NCBI GenBank assembly: GCA_038087875.1
Contig: CM075999.1
Coordinates: 3,350,001 to 3,414,000 of the forward strand
Origin: Malacoraja senta
Lineage: Eukaryota
Length of the DNA stretch: 64,000 nucleotides
Reading direction: 5' to 3'
The translations under genes and the position numbers were made by a program. Shown here in pieces: positions 27,588 to 40,570 of this stretch. The notes beneath the pieces are model-generated. The model saw only the letters and a program-made list of their open reading frames with translations, ran no database searches and was not told the DNA's origin. Numbering within the stretch: the first letter of the stretch is position 1; each line of letters opens with the position of its first letter.

Positions 27588-28398
27588 ATGTGTATGTATG
27601 TACGTGTGTGTGTACATATGTGTGTGTGTGTATGTATGTACATATGTGTGTATGTACGTGTGTGTGTATACGTGTGTGTGTATGTGTGCACGTGTGTGTG
27701 TATACGTGAGCATGTGTACGTGTGTGTGTACGTGTGTGTGTACTTGTGTGTCTGCATGTATGTACATATGTGTGTGTACATGCGTGTGTACATGTGTATG
27801 TGTGCACGTGTGTGTGTGTATACGTGAGTGTGTGTACGTGTGTGTGTATGTGTGTGTGTACATGTGTGTGTATGTGTGTGTATGTACGTGTGTGTGTGTA
27901 TGTATGTATGTGTGTGTGCATGTATGTACATATGTGTGTGTGTGCATGTATGTATGTATGTGTGTGTATGTGTGTGTACGTGTGTGTGTACATGTATGTG
28001 TGTATGTGTGTACATGTGTGTGTGTGCATGTACATATGTGTGTGTGTATGTATGTACGTATGTGTGTATGTGTGTGTGTGCGCATGTATGTACGTATGTG
28101 TGTGTGTATGTGTGTGTGTACGTGTGTGTGTGTGTACATGTGTGTGTGTATGTGTGTGTGTATGTGTGTACATGTGTGTGTGCACGTGTGTGTGTACGTG
28201 TGTGTATGTACATGTGTGTGTACATGTGTGTGTGTATGTGTGTACATGTGTGTGTATGTGTGTGTACATGTGTGTGTATGGGTGTACATGTGTGTGTGTA
28301 TGTGTGTGTGTGTACATGTGTGTGTGTGTGTGTGTGTGTATGTGTGTACATGTGTGTGTGTGTGTGTGTACATGTGTGTGTATGTATGTATCTATATA
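27588..28398. repeat. Complex (TG/TA/CA/CG)n alternating purine-pyrimidine tract
   Basis: Direct inspection. Confidence 0.98.
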
Positions 28399-28971
28399 GA
28401 TTTTTGACTTGGCCTCCACTGCCTTCTGTGACAATGAATTCCACCGAATCACCACCATGTGCTTGTACCCTTTGTCCCTCATATGCGGACGCACCAACGT
28501 GTTGTACAACGGTGACATAAGAGTGGACCTCTCGATAGTTAGGGGGTGCACATATGAGGGAGGTGTGGAAATTGGGATCAGTTGTCTCAACATCTCTCTG
28601 GGAAAGTGTTACAGTTTAAAGTCCTCTCACCATCGCACACTAATTAGTTGAAATGTGTGTTAAACTCCACTAACTGTTTACTCAAGTGCCCTAAATATAT
28701 AACAACTGAAGTCATACACACATTATGTAATTGAAATAACATGACTGGTGATAAATGGTCTGTGTTATGTACATTCAAAATTATAATGAACGAAGGAACA
28801 TATTTTATGGTCTATTCCTCCACCATCCTTCCAAGGAGTGCGGTTTGTGAGTGTCAGCCTCTCTGGACATCTTCTCTCACCTGCTCCTCTCTTTGTAAAG
28901 GGAGTAGTCAACCTGTGCCTGTGACGCTGCTGCAAGCAAGGTATTGAAAGCGTTGGGACCCTTCTTCAGTC

Positions 28972-29606
28972 TTCTCCACAGATGCTGCCTGACCGGCTGA
29001 GTTACTCCAGCACTCTGTGAAACGTCACCTATCCATGTTCTCCACAGATGCTGCCTGACCCGCTGAGTTACTCCAGCACTCTGTGAAACCTCACCTATCC
29101 ATGTTCTCCACAGATGCTGCCTGACCCGCTGAGTTACTCCAGCACTCTGTGAAATGTCACCTATCCATGTTCTCCACAGATGCTGCCTGACCCGCTGAGT
29201 TACTCCAGCACTCTGTGAAACGTCACCTATCCATGTTCCGGCAGCATCTATGGAGCGAAGGAAATAGGCAACGTTTCGGCCCGAAACCCTTCCGGGTTTC
29301 GGCCCGAAACGTTGCCTATTTCCTTCAGGGTTTCGGCCCGAAAGGTTGCCCATTTCCTTCGTTCCACAGATGCTGCCTGACCCGCTGAGTTACTCCAGCA
29401 CTCTGTGAAACGTCACCTATCCATGTTCTCCGCAGATGCTGCCTGACCCGCTGAGTTACTCCAGCACTCTGTGAAACGTCACCTATCCATGTTCTCCACA
29501 GATGCTGCCTGACCCGCTGAGTTACTCCAGCACTCTGTGAAACGTCACCTATCCATGTTCTCCACAGATGCTGCCTGACCCGCTGAGTTACTCCAGCACT
29601 CTGTGA
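28972..29606 (+). repeat. 66-bp tandem array with central 138-bp palindromic cassette
   Basis: Unit CACAGATGCTGCCTGACCCGCTGAGTTACTCCAGCACTCTGTGAAACGTCACCTATCCATGTTCTC; ~4 units, cassette 29240-29377, then ~3.7 units. Confidence 0.95.
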
Positions 29607-30394
29607 ATCCCACCATACCCATCTGCTCGAACCCTGTTGAGTGAATCTGCTGCTGGAAAGTTTACATTTGGCAGGAAATTATTTGCAGAGATATAAAACA
29701 TACAAGAGATAAATATGAGAAGGAATCCCTCAACCTTTGTGAAGCTGCCCCTTCTACCAACTTCCCTCCACTGAAGCACAGGACTTGTCCAAGTACAGGG
29801 TCGTGTTGTATCTCAAATAACAAGTTACTCGTTGAGGTTAGTTTAGTTTTTAGTTTAGTTTGGAGACACAGCGTGGAAAGAGCCCCTTCGGCCCATCGAG
29901 TCCACGCTGACCATCGCTCACCCTTTCCCACTAGATCTAAGTTATCCCACTCTCTCATCCACTCCCTACACACTATGGGCAATTTACAGAGAGGGCCAAT
30001 AGGCCTGCAAACACGCACGTCTTTGGGACGTGAGAGGAAATCGGAGGAAGCCCTTGCGGTCAAGGGGAGAAGGTGCAAACTCCACATAGACAGCACCCGA
30101 GGTCAGGATTGAACCCGGGTCTCTGGCGCCGTGACGCACCAGCTCCACCCACTGCGGCCCCGTGCCAACCTCAGCTACAAGGACTATGTGAGGCCGTACA
30201 CACAGTGTACTGGGATTGGAACTGACCCGGCACAGACTTGCTCACCATGTGTGAGATCAACAAGATGATATGATGGAAATAAAACACAGAGCAATAGACT
30301 AACTCTGGAGGAACTCAGCGGGTCAGGCAGCATCTGTGGAGGCAGAGGGATGCTCGACATTACAGGTCAAGTCCCAGTAAGGCCAGCAGCATAA

Positions 30395-30745
30395 TCGCCC
30401 GGTGGCCCAGCCGTTCAACTCCCCCTCCCATTCCCAATCTAATCGTTCTATCCTGGGCCTCCTCCATTGCCAGGGTGAGTCCCACCGCAAATTGGAGGAG
30501 CAGCACCTCATATTTCGCTTGGGTAGTTTACACCCCAGCGGTATGAATGTCGACTTCTCCAATTTCAGGTAGTCCCTGCTTTCTCCTTCCTTCCCCTCCC
30601 CTTCCCAGCTCTCCCACAGCCCACTGTCTCCGCACATTTTCTATCTTTTTCCCGCCCCCCCCCCCACCCTCCGACATCAGTCTGAAGAAGGGTCTCGACC
30701 AGAAACCTCACCCATTCCTTTTCTCCATAGATGCTGCCTCACCCG
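30395..30745 (+). mobile_element. Penelope-like element 3' end (GIY-YIG C-terminus plus pseudo-LTR)
   Basis: Reads FNSPSHSQS..SILGLLHCQGESHRKLEEQHLIFRLGSLHPSGMNVDFSNFR*, followed by a pyrimidine tract and the CTGAAGAAGGGTCTCGACC.GAAAC terminus. Confidence 0.8.
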
Positions 30746-33700
30746 CTGTCAGGAGACAGGGAGACCGAGATATGGAAGGTTAAGGTGTGAAAATGACAGA
30801 TCAAAGGGCAGGGAGATCAAGGAAAAGTAAAGGGTTCGGTTGATCCTGAAGTATAGAAGCTGCTGATATAAATAACAGCCTTTCTAATCTTTAGTTTTAA
30901 ACACAGAAGGGTTAAACATCGACTAATTCAAATGCAAATATATTCAACATAATGTCATGTATAAAATCTGCACAAAGTTAATCCGAACCATGAAATGTAA
31001 CTCCCACTCAACGTAACCTGCAGCAAAAACACTCAGTATTGGAAACCAGAATCTTACCTTTAATATCAGATGGAAATTGTGGCCATTATTTACAGATGAT
31101 TCAATTTTTAAATGCAAACCAATTTGCAACGAATACCACAGTGTACTCATCTATAATTTCTTGGAAAAAATGTGTGGTGCAGCTGAGAGTCTGCCTGTGG
31201 GTGTGTGAGAGAGTGTGTATATACATGTGTCTACTGGGGAAGGTGTATCTCCTTTAGTTTGGTTTAGTTTACTTTGGAGATACAGCGTGGCCACAGGCTC
31301 TTCGACCCGCCGACTAACGATCCCCTGCACACTAACACAAGCCCACACACACTAGGGACAATTTACACACTTATACCAAGTGTACAAACCCAAGCCAATT
31401 AACCTACAGACTTGTCCGTCTTTGGAGTGTGGGAGGAATCCGAAGATCTTGGAGAAAAACTCATGCGGTCACGGGGAGAAGGTACAAACTCCGTACAGGC
31501 AGCACCCGTGGTCAGGATCAAACTTGGGTCTTCGACAGTGTAAGGCAGCAACTCCACCCGCTGCGCCACCGTGCCGCCCATTGTGTGTTGTATCACCAGT
31601 TCTCCACTGAAGTCACTGGTTTGGCTGCAATCATTTCACCAGTCAGCAAAAGAGCGCTTGGCGGCAGGGTTTCACAGTGGTAGAGTTGCTGCCTCACAGC
31701 GCCAGAGACCGAGTTCGATCCTGACCCCGGGTTCTGTCTGTATGGAGTTTGTACGTTCTCCCTGTGACCGAGTAATTGCCCGTGGCCTGTGTACGATACA
31801 ACCAGTATATGGGGTATCGTTGGTCGGCGGGTCTCCGTGCAGACAGCAACCGTCGTCAGGATCGAACCAGGTGGGTTTTCTCCGAGATCTTCGGTTTCCT
31901 CCCACACTCCATGAACGTACAGGTTTGTAGGTTAATTGGCTTGGTGTAAATGTGTAAATGTAAAATTGTCCCCATGTGTGTGTTGGATAGTGTTAGTGTG
32001 CGGGGACCGCTGGTCGGTGTGGACTCGGTGGGCCGAAGGGCCTGTTTCCGCGCTGTTTTTGTGGAGGGAATGGACAGACAATGTTTCGGGTCGGGACCCT
32101 TCTTCAGACTGATGGCGTATGTGTGGGGTAAGGGCTGGCATGTGTTGGGTGGATCCAGTGCTGTGTCACCAAACTAAAGTCATTTCACCCAGAGAGTTGT
32201 GAATCTGTGGAATTCTCTGCCACAGAAGGCAGTGGAGGACAATTCACTGGATGTTTTCAAGAGGGAGTTAGATTTAGCTCTTAGGGCTAACGGAATCAAG
32301 GGATATGGGGAGAAAGCAGGAACGGGGTACTGATTGTGGATGACCAGCCGTGATCACATTGAATGGTGGTGCTGTCTCGAAGGGCCGAATGGCCTACTCC
32401 GGCACCTATTTTTCCATGTTTGTTTCTTCTGTAAACTGCAGACCTGATTTGACATCCATTCCAACATTCCTGCCATTTACCGGCACGTTCCGGGTCCCGA
32501 GCGCGTTACGTGCAGTCTCTGTTGTTAAATTTCATTAAGCTCCCCGCAGCGTCCGTGTTGAATTAGTTTCGCAGTTCGCGCAAGAATAAGCAGTGTTACA
32601 TTTAATGGCTCAGCTCACTCAGAGTAAGTGCTCACATCAGGCCTATTACAAACATGCCCAGTTCCAGACACACCTGTTTCTCATTATCAGCTCCAATGTC
32701 AGGCAAAGGATGGAGACCATCACAGCCAACAAAGCCAAAAGCGAAATACATATTTTTAGAAGTCTCATTATTTTTGTGCAAGAGCTTTTTCCAGGGCTTT
32801 TTTTTTCATGTGGTTGTATTAAATGATTCCTTGTGACAGAAAGATGAACGACCTGATTTCTACATTTATCTGTCGTTTATGGAGCCCACGACACAAGAAC
32901 GTGGATCCTTCATGCACAAGTTTGGATATTTTATCATGATTCAGTTTTAACAGCAACTTGGGATTTATCTCATTGGAGACCCACGGACTATTTTTGATCG
33001 GACTTTGCTGGCTTTACTTTGCACTAAGCGTTATTCCCTTTATCCTGTATCTGTACACTGTGGACGGCTGGATTGTAATCATGTATTGTCTTTCCTCTTG
33101 CTTCCCACTAATCTTTGCAATGTTATACGCCTTCTCTTTTAGATTCATGCAGTCTTTGACTTCCCTTGTCAGCCACAGTCACCTCTATATCCCCCTAGAA
33201 ATTCTCTTCCTCTTTGGAATGAAAAGACCCTGCATCTTCCGGATTGTTCCCGGAAATTCCTGCCTCGCTGTTCATCTCTGCCGGGGTCCCTTTCAGAATC
33301 AGAATCATACTTTATTAGCCAAGTGTGTTTTGCAACATATGAGGAATTTGATCTGCCATACAATCATACAAGCAACAAGAACACACAATATACGTTTTAA
33401 CATAAACATCCACCACAGTGACTCCTCCACTTTCCTCACTGTGGAGGAAGATGAAAAAAAGGTACAATCTCTTCCCTTCTTTTCCAGTCAACTTTAGCCA
33501 GCTCCTCCTTCATCACCTCTGTAGTAAAACAGGAATACAGAAACATCCAATTTCATCTGTTTACTTGTACCGTTGAGCTACAATGCTGGGAACTATATTC
33601 TGCATTCTGTGTCTTCCCCTTTGTTCCACCGGTGAAAAGCTTTTCACTGTAGCTCTGCACATGTGACAATAATAAACGGAACTAAACAATTGTAGCTGAG

Positions 33701-34470
33701 TTTGACATTCTTATATTTATGTATAGTATTATCTGATCTGCTTAGATAGCAAATAATGATATTTCGTTCAAGCCTAGGTTTGAATGACAATAAATAGCAT
33801 TCTATTCTAAATAACATTCTATGTAGAACAAAGCTTTTCACTGTCCCTCAGTACATGTGGCAACAGTAAATAAACTATTGTACTTGAGTTTGAATTGATT
33901 AAATTTATATATATTATCTGATCTGTCAGTTTAGTTTAGTTTAGAGATACTGCGCGGAGCTCTTCAGCCCACCGAGTCCGCACCGTCCAGCGATCCCCGC
34001 ACACTAACACTATCCTACACACATAGGGACAATTTTACATTTATTCCAAGCCAATTAACCTACACACCTGTGCGTGAGGAAACTGAAGATCGCGGCGAAA
34101 ACCCACACAGGTCACGGGGAGAATGTACTAACTCCGTACAGACAGCACCCGTAGGCAGGATCGAACCCGGGTCTCTGGCGCTGTGAGGCAGCAACTCTAC
34201 CGCTGCGCCACCGTGCCGTGCCCACAGTGAATGCAAAACAAAGCTTTTCACTGTACCTCGGTACATGTGACAATAATAAACCTACACTTAACTGAAGCAG
34301 AATTGCTCATCTAGTTTAGTTTCTTGTTGTCACGTGTACAGATGTCCAGAGAAAAGGTTTCAGCTTGTGTGCTGTCCAATCAAAGAAATGACTACTCATG
34401 AATATAATCAAGCAGTCAGATGTATTTTGTGCATTTCCCCATTTCAGATGAAGTCAGCTGAAATGTTTAA

Positions 34471-34892
34471 TGGGCCTGTCGTTTAGTTTAGGCGACCACA
34501 GGCAACTAGGCTGTCGCCACATGGTCACCGGGGTGTCACCTGTACGGTCGTGAGTCGTCTCCTCAGTCACCCAAAGAGTCGGAGCGTCTTTCTGGACACC
34601 GCTGGATTTTCAACAAGTTGAAAAATTTTCTGAGACAGTCGGCGACAGTGGGTTTGGCGCCAATGAGCGTAGCTTGACTTCTCCTGAGGTAGGTGCTGTC
34701 GTAGTTGTCGCCAGGTGACGTAGGTTGTCGCCGGTCCTGACTTTGGGTTTTTTTTGTTGCTAAAGTAATTATTCTATTTTGTTGCTAAAGTAATTATTCT
34801 ATTTCATATTTTATGTCGTAGGGGGGTCCTACTACTTTCGGCGACCTACTACAACTATGACAGTCGACAGTCGCCTTAGTGGGACAGGACCA
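34471..34892. mobile_element. PIF/Harbinger-like MITE
   Basis: TAA|TGGGCCTGTC ... GGGACAGGACCA|TAA: imperfect TIR with 3-bp TAA target duplication; interior of GTCGCC/GTCGTAG motifs. Confidence 0.65.
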
Positions 34893-35220
34893 TAACTCTG
34901 CTGAAAATCCCCCTTTAAAGTCTGAAGAAGGATCCAAAACATCACCTATCCATAATCTCCGGAGATGCTGCTTGACCTGCTGTTACTCCAGCACTTCTTT
35001 TGTAAACCAACATCTGCAGTTCCTTGTTTCTACATCTTCTCTTCAAACTTACATTATTTACTCCCAACAACATATCTTTGTTTTCTTGATATAGCAGCTA
35101 TGAGATGAAGGGCAGGGTGTGCGGGGCTTGATAGGGTTTGTTAGAAATGTAGACACAGAGTGCTGGAGCAACTCAGCGGATCAGGCAGCATCTCTGCAGT
35201 TTAGTTTATTGTTACTTGTA

Positions 35221-35915
35221 GAAACATAGAAACATAAAAAAATAGGTGCAGGATTAGGCCATTCGACCCTTCAAGCCAGCACCGCCATTCAATATGATCA
35301 TGGCCGATCATCCAGAATCAGTAGCCCGTTCCTGCTTTCTCCCCATATCCCTTGATTCCATTTGCCCTAAGAGCTATATCCAATTCTTGAATACATCCAG
35401 TGAATTGGCCTCCACTGCCTTCTGTGGCAGAGAATTCCACAGATTCACAACTCTCTGGGTGAAAACGTTTTTCCTCATCTCAGTCCTAAATGGCCGACTC
35501 CTTATTCTTAAACTGTGACCCCTGGTTCTGGACTCCCCCCCAACATCGGGAACATTTTTCCTGCATCTAGCCTGTCCAATCCCTTAAGAATGTTATATGT
35601 TCCTATAAGATCTCCTCTCATCCTTCTAAATTCCAGTGAATATAAGCTCCGTCGATCCATTCATTCATCATATGTCAGTCCTGCAATCCCGGGAAAAACC
35701 TGGTGAACCTACGCTGCACTCCATCAATAGCCAGAATGTCCTTCCTCAAATCAGATCAAAACTGCACACAATACTCCAGGTGTGGTCTCACCAGCGCCCT
35801 GTACAACTGCAGAAGGACCTCCTTGCTCCTAAACTTAAATCCTGTCGCTATGAAGGTCAATTGGTTTTCTTCACTGCCTGCTGTACCTGCATGCTTACTT
35901 TCAGTGACTGATGTA
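35221..35915 (-). mobile_element. CR1 LINE 3' fragment
   Basis: SKEVLLQLYRALVRPHLEYCVQF and CR1 3' UTR. Confidence 0.9.
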
Positions 35916-36473
35916 CAAGGAGGTACAGTGACAAGCATTTTGTTGCGTGCTAACCAGTCAGCGGAAAGACTATACGGGATTGCAATCGAGCCGTCCACAG
36001 TGTACGGATACATGATTAAGGGAGTTGGGTGAGGGACAGCAGAGTCTGTGTTTGGAGCAATTAATTCTGACAAATGTGTAATTATTTGCTTCCATTAAGT
36101 CTTCTGTTGTCAGTAAATACGACAATAAAACACTTGTGATTCTTTTCTACCCTGTTGACAAAAATAAGCAGTTTTAACTCTTCTAATTGTTTAGAGTTTA
36201 ATAGAATGCTATATTTGATGCAAAATAGATTGTTCTTCAAATGTCGTGCCCTCACTGTGAAATTTAGCAGGAGACTGATGTTTAGTTTGTGTGCAGTGCA
36301 AAGATGCAATAATTATATATATATATATATATATATGGACAAAAAAATAAGGTGTGATTGAGAATGCATGCCTCAAAATGGAATGCATTTCTAAGCCACG
36401 AATGGGCAGTAAAATCTACATTACAAAAATGAGTGCGGAGGAACACACTAAATGTCTGAAGGGTACCGACCCT

Positions 36474-36986
36474 AAACGTCACCTATCCATGTTCTCCACA
36501 GATGCTGCCCGACCCGCTGAGTTACTCCAGCACTCTGTGAAACGTCACCTATCCATGTTCCCCACAGATGCTGCCTGACCCGCTGAGTTACTCCAGCACT
36601 CTGTGAAACGTCACCTATCCATGTTCCGGCAGCATCTATGGAGCGAAGGAAATAGGCAACGTTTCGGCCCGAAACCCTTCCGGGTTTCGGCCCGAAACGT
36701 TGCCTATTTCCTTCAGGGTTTCGGCCCGAAAGGTTGCCCATTTCCTTCGCTCCACAGATGCTGCCTGGCCCGCTGAGTTACTCCAGCACTCTGTGAAACG
36801 TCACCTATCCATGTTCTCCACAGATGCTGCCTGACCCGCTGAGTTACTCCAGCACTCTGTGAAACGTCACCTATCCATGTTCTCCACAGATGCTGCCTGA
36901 CCCGCTGAGTTACTCCAGCACTCTGTGAAACGTCACCTATCCATGTTCTCCACAGATGCTGCCTGACCCGCTGAGTTACTCCAGCA
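36474..36986 (+). repeat. 66-bp tandem array with the same cassette
   Basis: ~2.3 units, cassette 36628-36765, then ~3.5 units. Confidence 0.95.
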
Positions 36987-37519
36987 TTGTTTTTACACTA
37001 AATGTAAATATATTTAGCTAATTAGATTCATTATTAATTCTTACACTTGCTGCTCAACATCCAAACAAAGGATAAAATGAACTATTTATAGAAACTGTTT
37101 AGTGGGCCGGCACGATAGCGCAGCGGTAGAGTTGCTGCCTCACAGCATAGGAAACCCGGTTCAATCCCGACTACGGGTGCTGTCTGTACGGAGTTTGCAC
37201 GTTCTCCCCGTGAGCTACGTGGGATTTCTCCGGGTGCTCCAGGTTTCCTCCCACACTCCAAAGACATGCAGGGTTATAGGTTAGTTGTGGACACATGGAG
37301 AATTGGGTTTCTGCAGAAGAAGCTTGTGAATGTGATGGAGTCATCGAGTAATAGCAGCGAAACAGGCCCTTCAGCCCAACTAGACCGTGCTGACCCACTT
37401 GCCCCATCTACACTAGACCCATTTGCCCGCGTTTACCCGTATCCATCTAAACCTTTCCTATCCATGTACCTGTCCAAATGTCTCATTGCCAGTTGTCTTA
37501 GATTTGCAACATTATGTTG

Positions 37520-38068
37520 CAGGGTTTGTCAAGGAGGACTCTCTCTAACTTCTACAGGTGCACAGTAGAGAGCATGCTGACCGGTTGCATCGTGGCTTGG
37601 TTCGGCAACTTGAGTGCCCTGGAGAGGAAAAGACTACAAAAAGTAGTAAACACTGCCCAGTCCATCATCGGCTCTGACCTCCCTTCCATCGAGGGGATCT
37701 ACCACAGTCGCTGCCTCAAAAAGGCTGGCAGCATCATCAAGGACCCACACCATCCTGGCCACACACTCATCTCCCTACTACCTTCAGGTAGAAGGTACAG
37801 GAGCCTGAAGACTGCAATGACCAGGTTCAGGAATAGCTACTTCCCCACAGCCATCAGACTATTAAACCTGGCTCGGACATAACACTGAACTTTATTAGCC
37901 AATACTGTTATTTGCACTTTATCAGTGTATTGATTCATGTGTGTATATATTTATAGAATGCCTTGTAGTCAATACCTACTATGTTCTGTTGTGCTGAAGC
38001 AAAGCAAGAATTTCATTGTCCTACCAGGGACACATGACAATAAACTCACTTGACTTGACTTGACTTGA
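37520..38068 (+). mobile_element. Rex1/Babar-type LINE 3' fragment (others at ~14715-14940, 20385-20760, 27350-27500, 52490-52840, 53465-53600)
   Basis: FYRCTVESMLTGCIVAWFGN...IIKDPHHPGHTLISLLPSGRRYRSLKT..RFRNSYFPTAIRLLN, the characteristic Rex1 C-terminus; AATAAA plus (CTTGA)n tail. Confidence 0.88.
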
Positions 38069-38649
38069 GAGTTGTTAATGTATTTAAGTCTGATGACAGT
38101 GTTCTAACACATTCCTTATTTTAGACATAGTTTGTGTCTGCCCTCAGAATTAAAGGACGATCCTTTGGGAAGGAGATGAGGAGGAATTTCTTCAGCCAGA
38201 GCCAGAATCTGTGGAATTTATCGCCACAGATGGCTGCGGAGGCCAACTCAATGGATATTTTTAAAGTGGAGATTAATAGGTTTTTGATTAGTACGGGTGT
38301 TAGGGGTTATGGGGAGAAGGCAGAATTGGGGTGAGAGGGAAAGATAGATCAGCCATGATTGAATGGCGGAGTAGACTTGATGGGCCGAATTGCCTAACTC
38401 TACTCCTATGACTTGTGAACCTACGAGGTGCTGGCGATCTCAAGCTTGTCCCGGCAGCTTAGTCTTCCTTGATGCCTGCAATAGGGTAACACACCCAGCT
38501 GCCTCTCACCTTCCTCGATGGTGCATGGACCTGTGTTGGTTTATGGCGTATGTTGGTGAGGGGCAGGTGAGGGGCAGGTGAGTACAGGTAATAACAGCTA
38601 CTGAGGCCCAGCTGTGGCTCCCCCTGGCTGTGGCCCCAGTTCAGTGCAG

Positions 38650-38670
38650 GGAGCTGTCCATGGTGCTGTT
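38650..38670 (-). promoter_or_regulatory. RE1/NRSE (REST-binding) motif
   Basis: Minus strand reads AACAGCACCATGGACAGCTCC versus consensus TTCAGCACCACGGACAGCGCC; both half-sites present with canonical 2-nt spacing. Confidence 0.55.
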
Positions 38671-39484
38671 TAATTTAGTTTAGTTTAGTTTACAGATACA
38701 GCACGGAAACAGGCCCTTCGGCCTCACCGAGTCCACACCGACCAGCGATCCCCGCACACTAACACTACCCTACACACAATAAGGGCAATTTTACATTTAC
38801 ACCAAGCCAATTAACCTACAAACCTGCACGTCTTTGGAGTGCGGGATGAAACCGGAGCACCCGGAGAAAACCCACGCAGGTCACGGGGAGAAGGTACAAA
38901 CTCCGTACAGACGGCACCCGTGGTCAGGATCGAACCCGGGTCTCTGGCGCTGTGAGGTAACAGAACTACCCGCTGCTATTGAGGGAGCGCAGCGGTAGAG
39001 TTGCTGCCTCCTAGCACCAGTGATCCAGGTTCAATCCAGACCTCGGGCGCTATCCATGTGGAGTTTGCATGTTCTCCCTGTGACCGTGAGCATTTTCTCC
39101 GGGCGCTCCGGCTTCCTCCCGCATCCCAAAGACGTGCGTGTTTGTAGGTTAATCGGCCCTCTGTAAATTGCCCCTGGTGTGTAGGGAGTGGACGTGAAAG
39201 TGGGATAACATAGAACTAGCGTGAGCGGGTGATCGACGGTCAGTGTGGACTCGATGGGCCGAAAGGCCTGTTTCCATGCGGTATCTTTCAATCAGGGGTT
39301 ATGGGAAGAAGGCAGGAGAATGGGGTTGAGAGGGAGAGATAGATCAGCCATGATTGAATGGTGGAGTAGGCTCGATGGGCCGAATGGCCTAATTCTGCTC
39401 CTATAACTTGTGAACTCTCTCTACCGGCTATCTCCCCATTTCTACTCCATCAGTCTGAAGAAGGGTCCTGACCCGAAATGTCAA

Positions 39485-40570
39485 TAGACAATAGACAATA
39501 GGTGCAGGAGTAGGCCTTTCGGCCCTTCAATCCAGCACCGCCATTCAATGTGATCATGGCTGATCATCCCCAATCAGTACCCTGTTCCTGCCTTCTCCCC
39601 ATATCCCCTATCTTGAAGATCCCTATCTAGCTCTCTCTTGAAAGTATCCAGAGAACCGGCCTCCACCGCCCTCTGAGGCAGAGAATTCCACACTCAAAAC
39701 TCTCTGTGAGAAAAAGTGTTTCCTCGTCTCCGTTCTAAAAGGCATACCCCTTATTCTTAAACTGTGGCCCCTGGTTCTGGACTCCCCCAACATCGGGAAC
39801 ATGTTTCCTGCGTGTCCATACCTTAATAATCTGATATGTTTCAATAAGATGCCCTTTCATCCTTCTAATCTCCAGAGTGTACAAGCCCAGCCGCTCCATT
39901 CTCTCAGCATATGACAGTCCCGCCATCCCGGGAATTAACCTTGTAAACCTACGCTGCACTCCCTCAATAGCAAGAATGTCCTTCCTCAAATTAGGGGACC
40001 AAAACTGCACACAATACTCCAGGTGTGGTCTCACTAGTGCCCTGTACAACTGCGGAAGGACCTCTTTGCTCCTATACTCAACTCCTCTTGTAATAAAGGG
40101 GATCAGGGGGTATGGAGAGAAGGGGATCAGGGGGTATGGAGAGAATGCAGGTACGGGATACTGAGTTGGATGATCAGCCATGATCATATTGAATGGCGGT
40201 GCAGGCTCGAAGGGCCGAATGGCCTACTCCTGCACCTATTTTCTCTGTATCTATGTAAAGGCCAACATGAAATTTGCTTTCTTCACTGCCTGCTGTACCA
40301 GCATGCTTACTTTCATAGACTGATGAACAAGGACCCCCCGATCCCGTTGTACTGCCCCTTTTCCCAACTTGACACCATTTAGATGGTAATATGCCTTCCT
40401 GCTTTTGCTACCAAAGTGGATAACCTCACATTTATCCGTATTAAACTTCATCTGCCATGCATCTGCCCACTCCCCCAACCTGTCCAAGTCACCCTGCACT
40501 CTCATAGCATCCTCCTCACAGTTCACCCTGCCACCCAGCTTTGTGTCATCTGCAAATTTGCTAATGTTAC
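39485..40570 (-). mobile_element. CR1 LINE fragment with an oppositely oriented CR1 3' end nested at ~40097-40258
   Basis: QGDLDRLGEWADAWQMKFNTDKCEVIHFG and LYRALVRPHLEYCVQFWSP lie on either side of an inverted CR1 tail. Confidence 0.9.

Noticed and set aside
28972..29606. CRISPR-like appearance of the 66-bp arrays
   Set aside because: Units are contiguous with no unique spacers, there are no cas genes, and the unit derives from a Penelope terminus in a vertebrate genome.
32958..33497. 179-aa hydrophobic ORF
   Set aside because: Runs through Rex1-type 3' UTR repeat fragments; no protein family signal.
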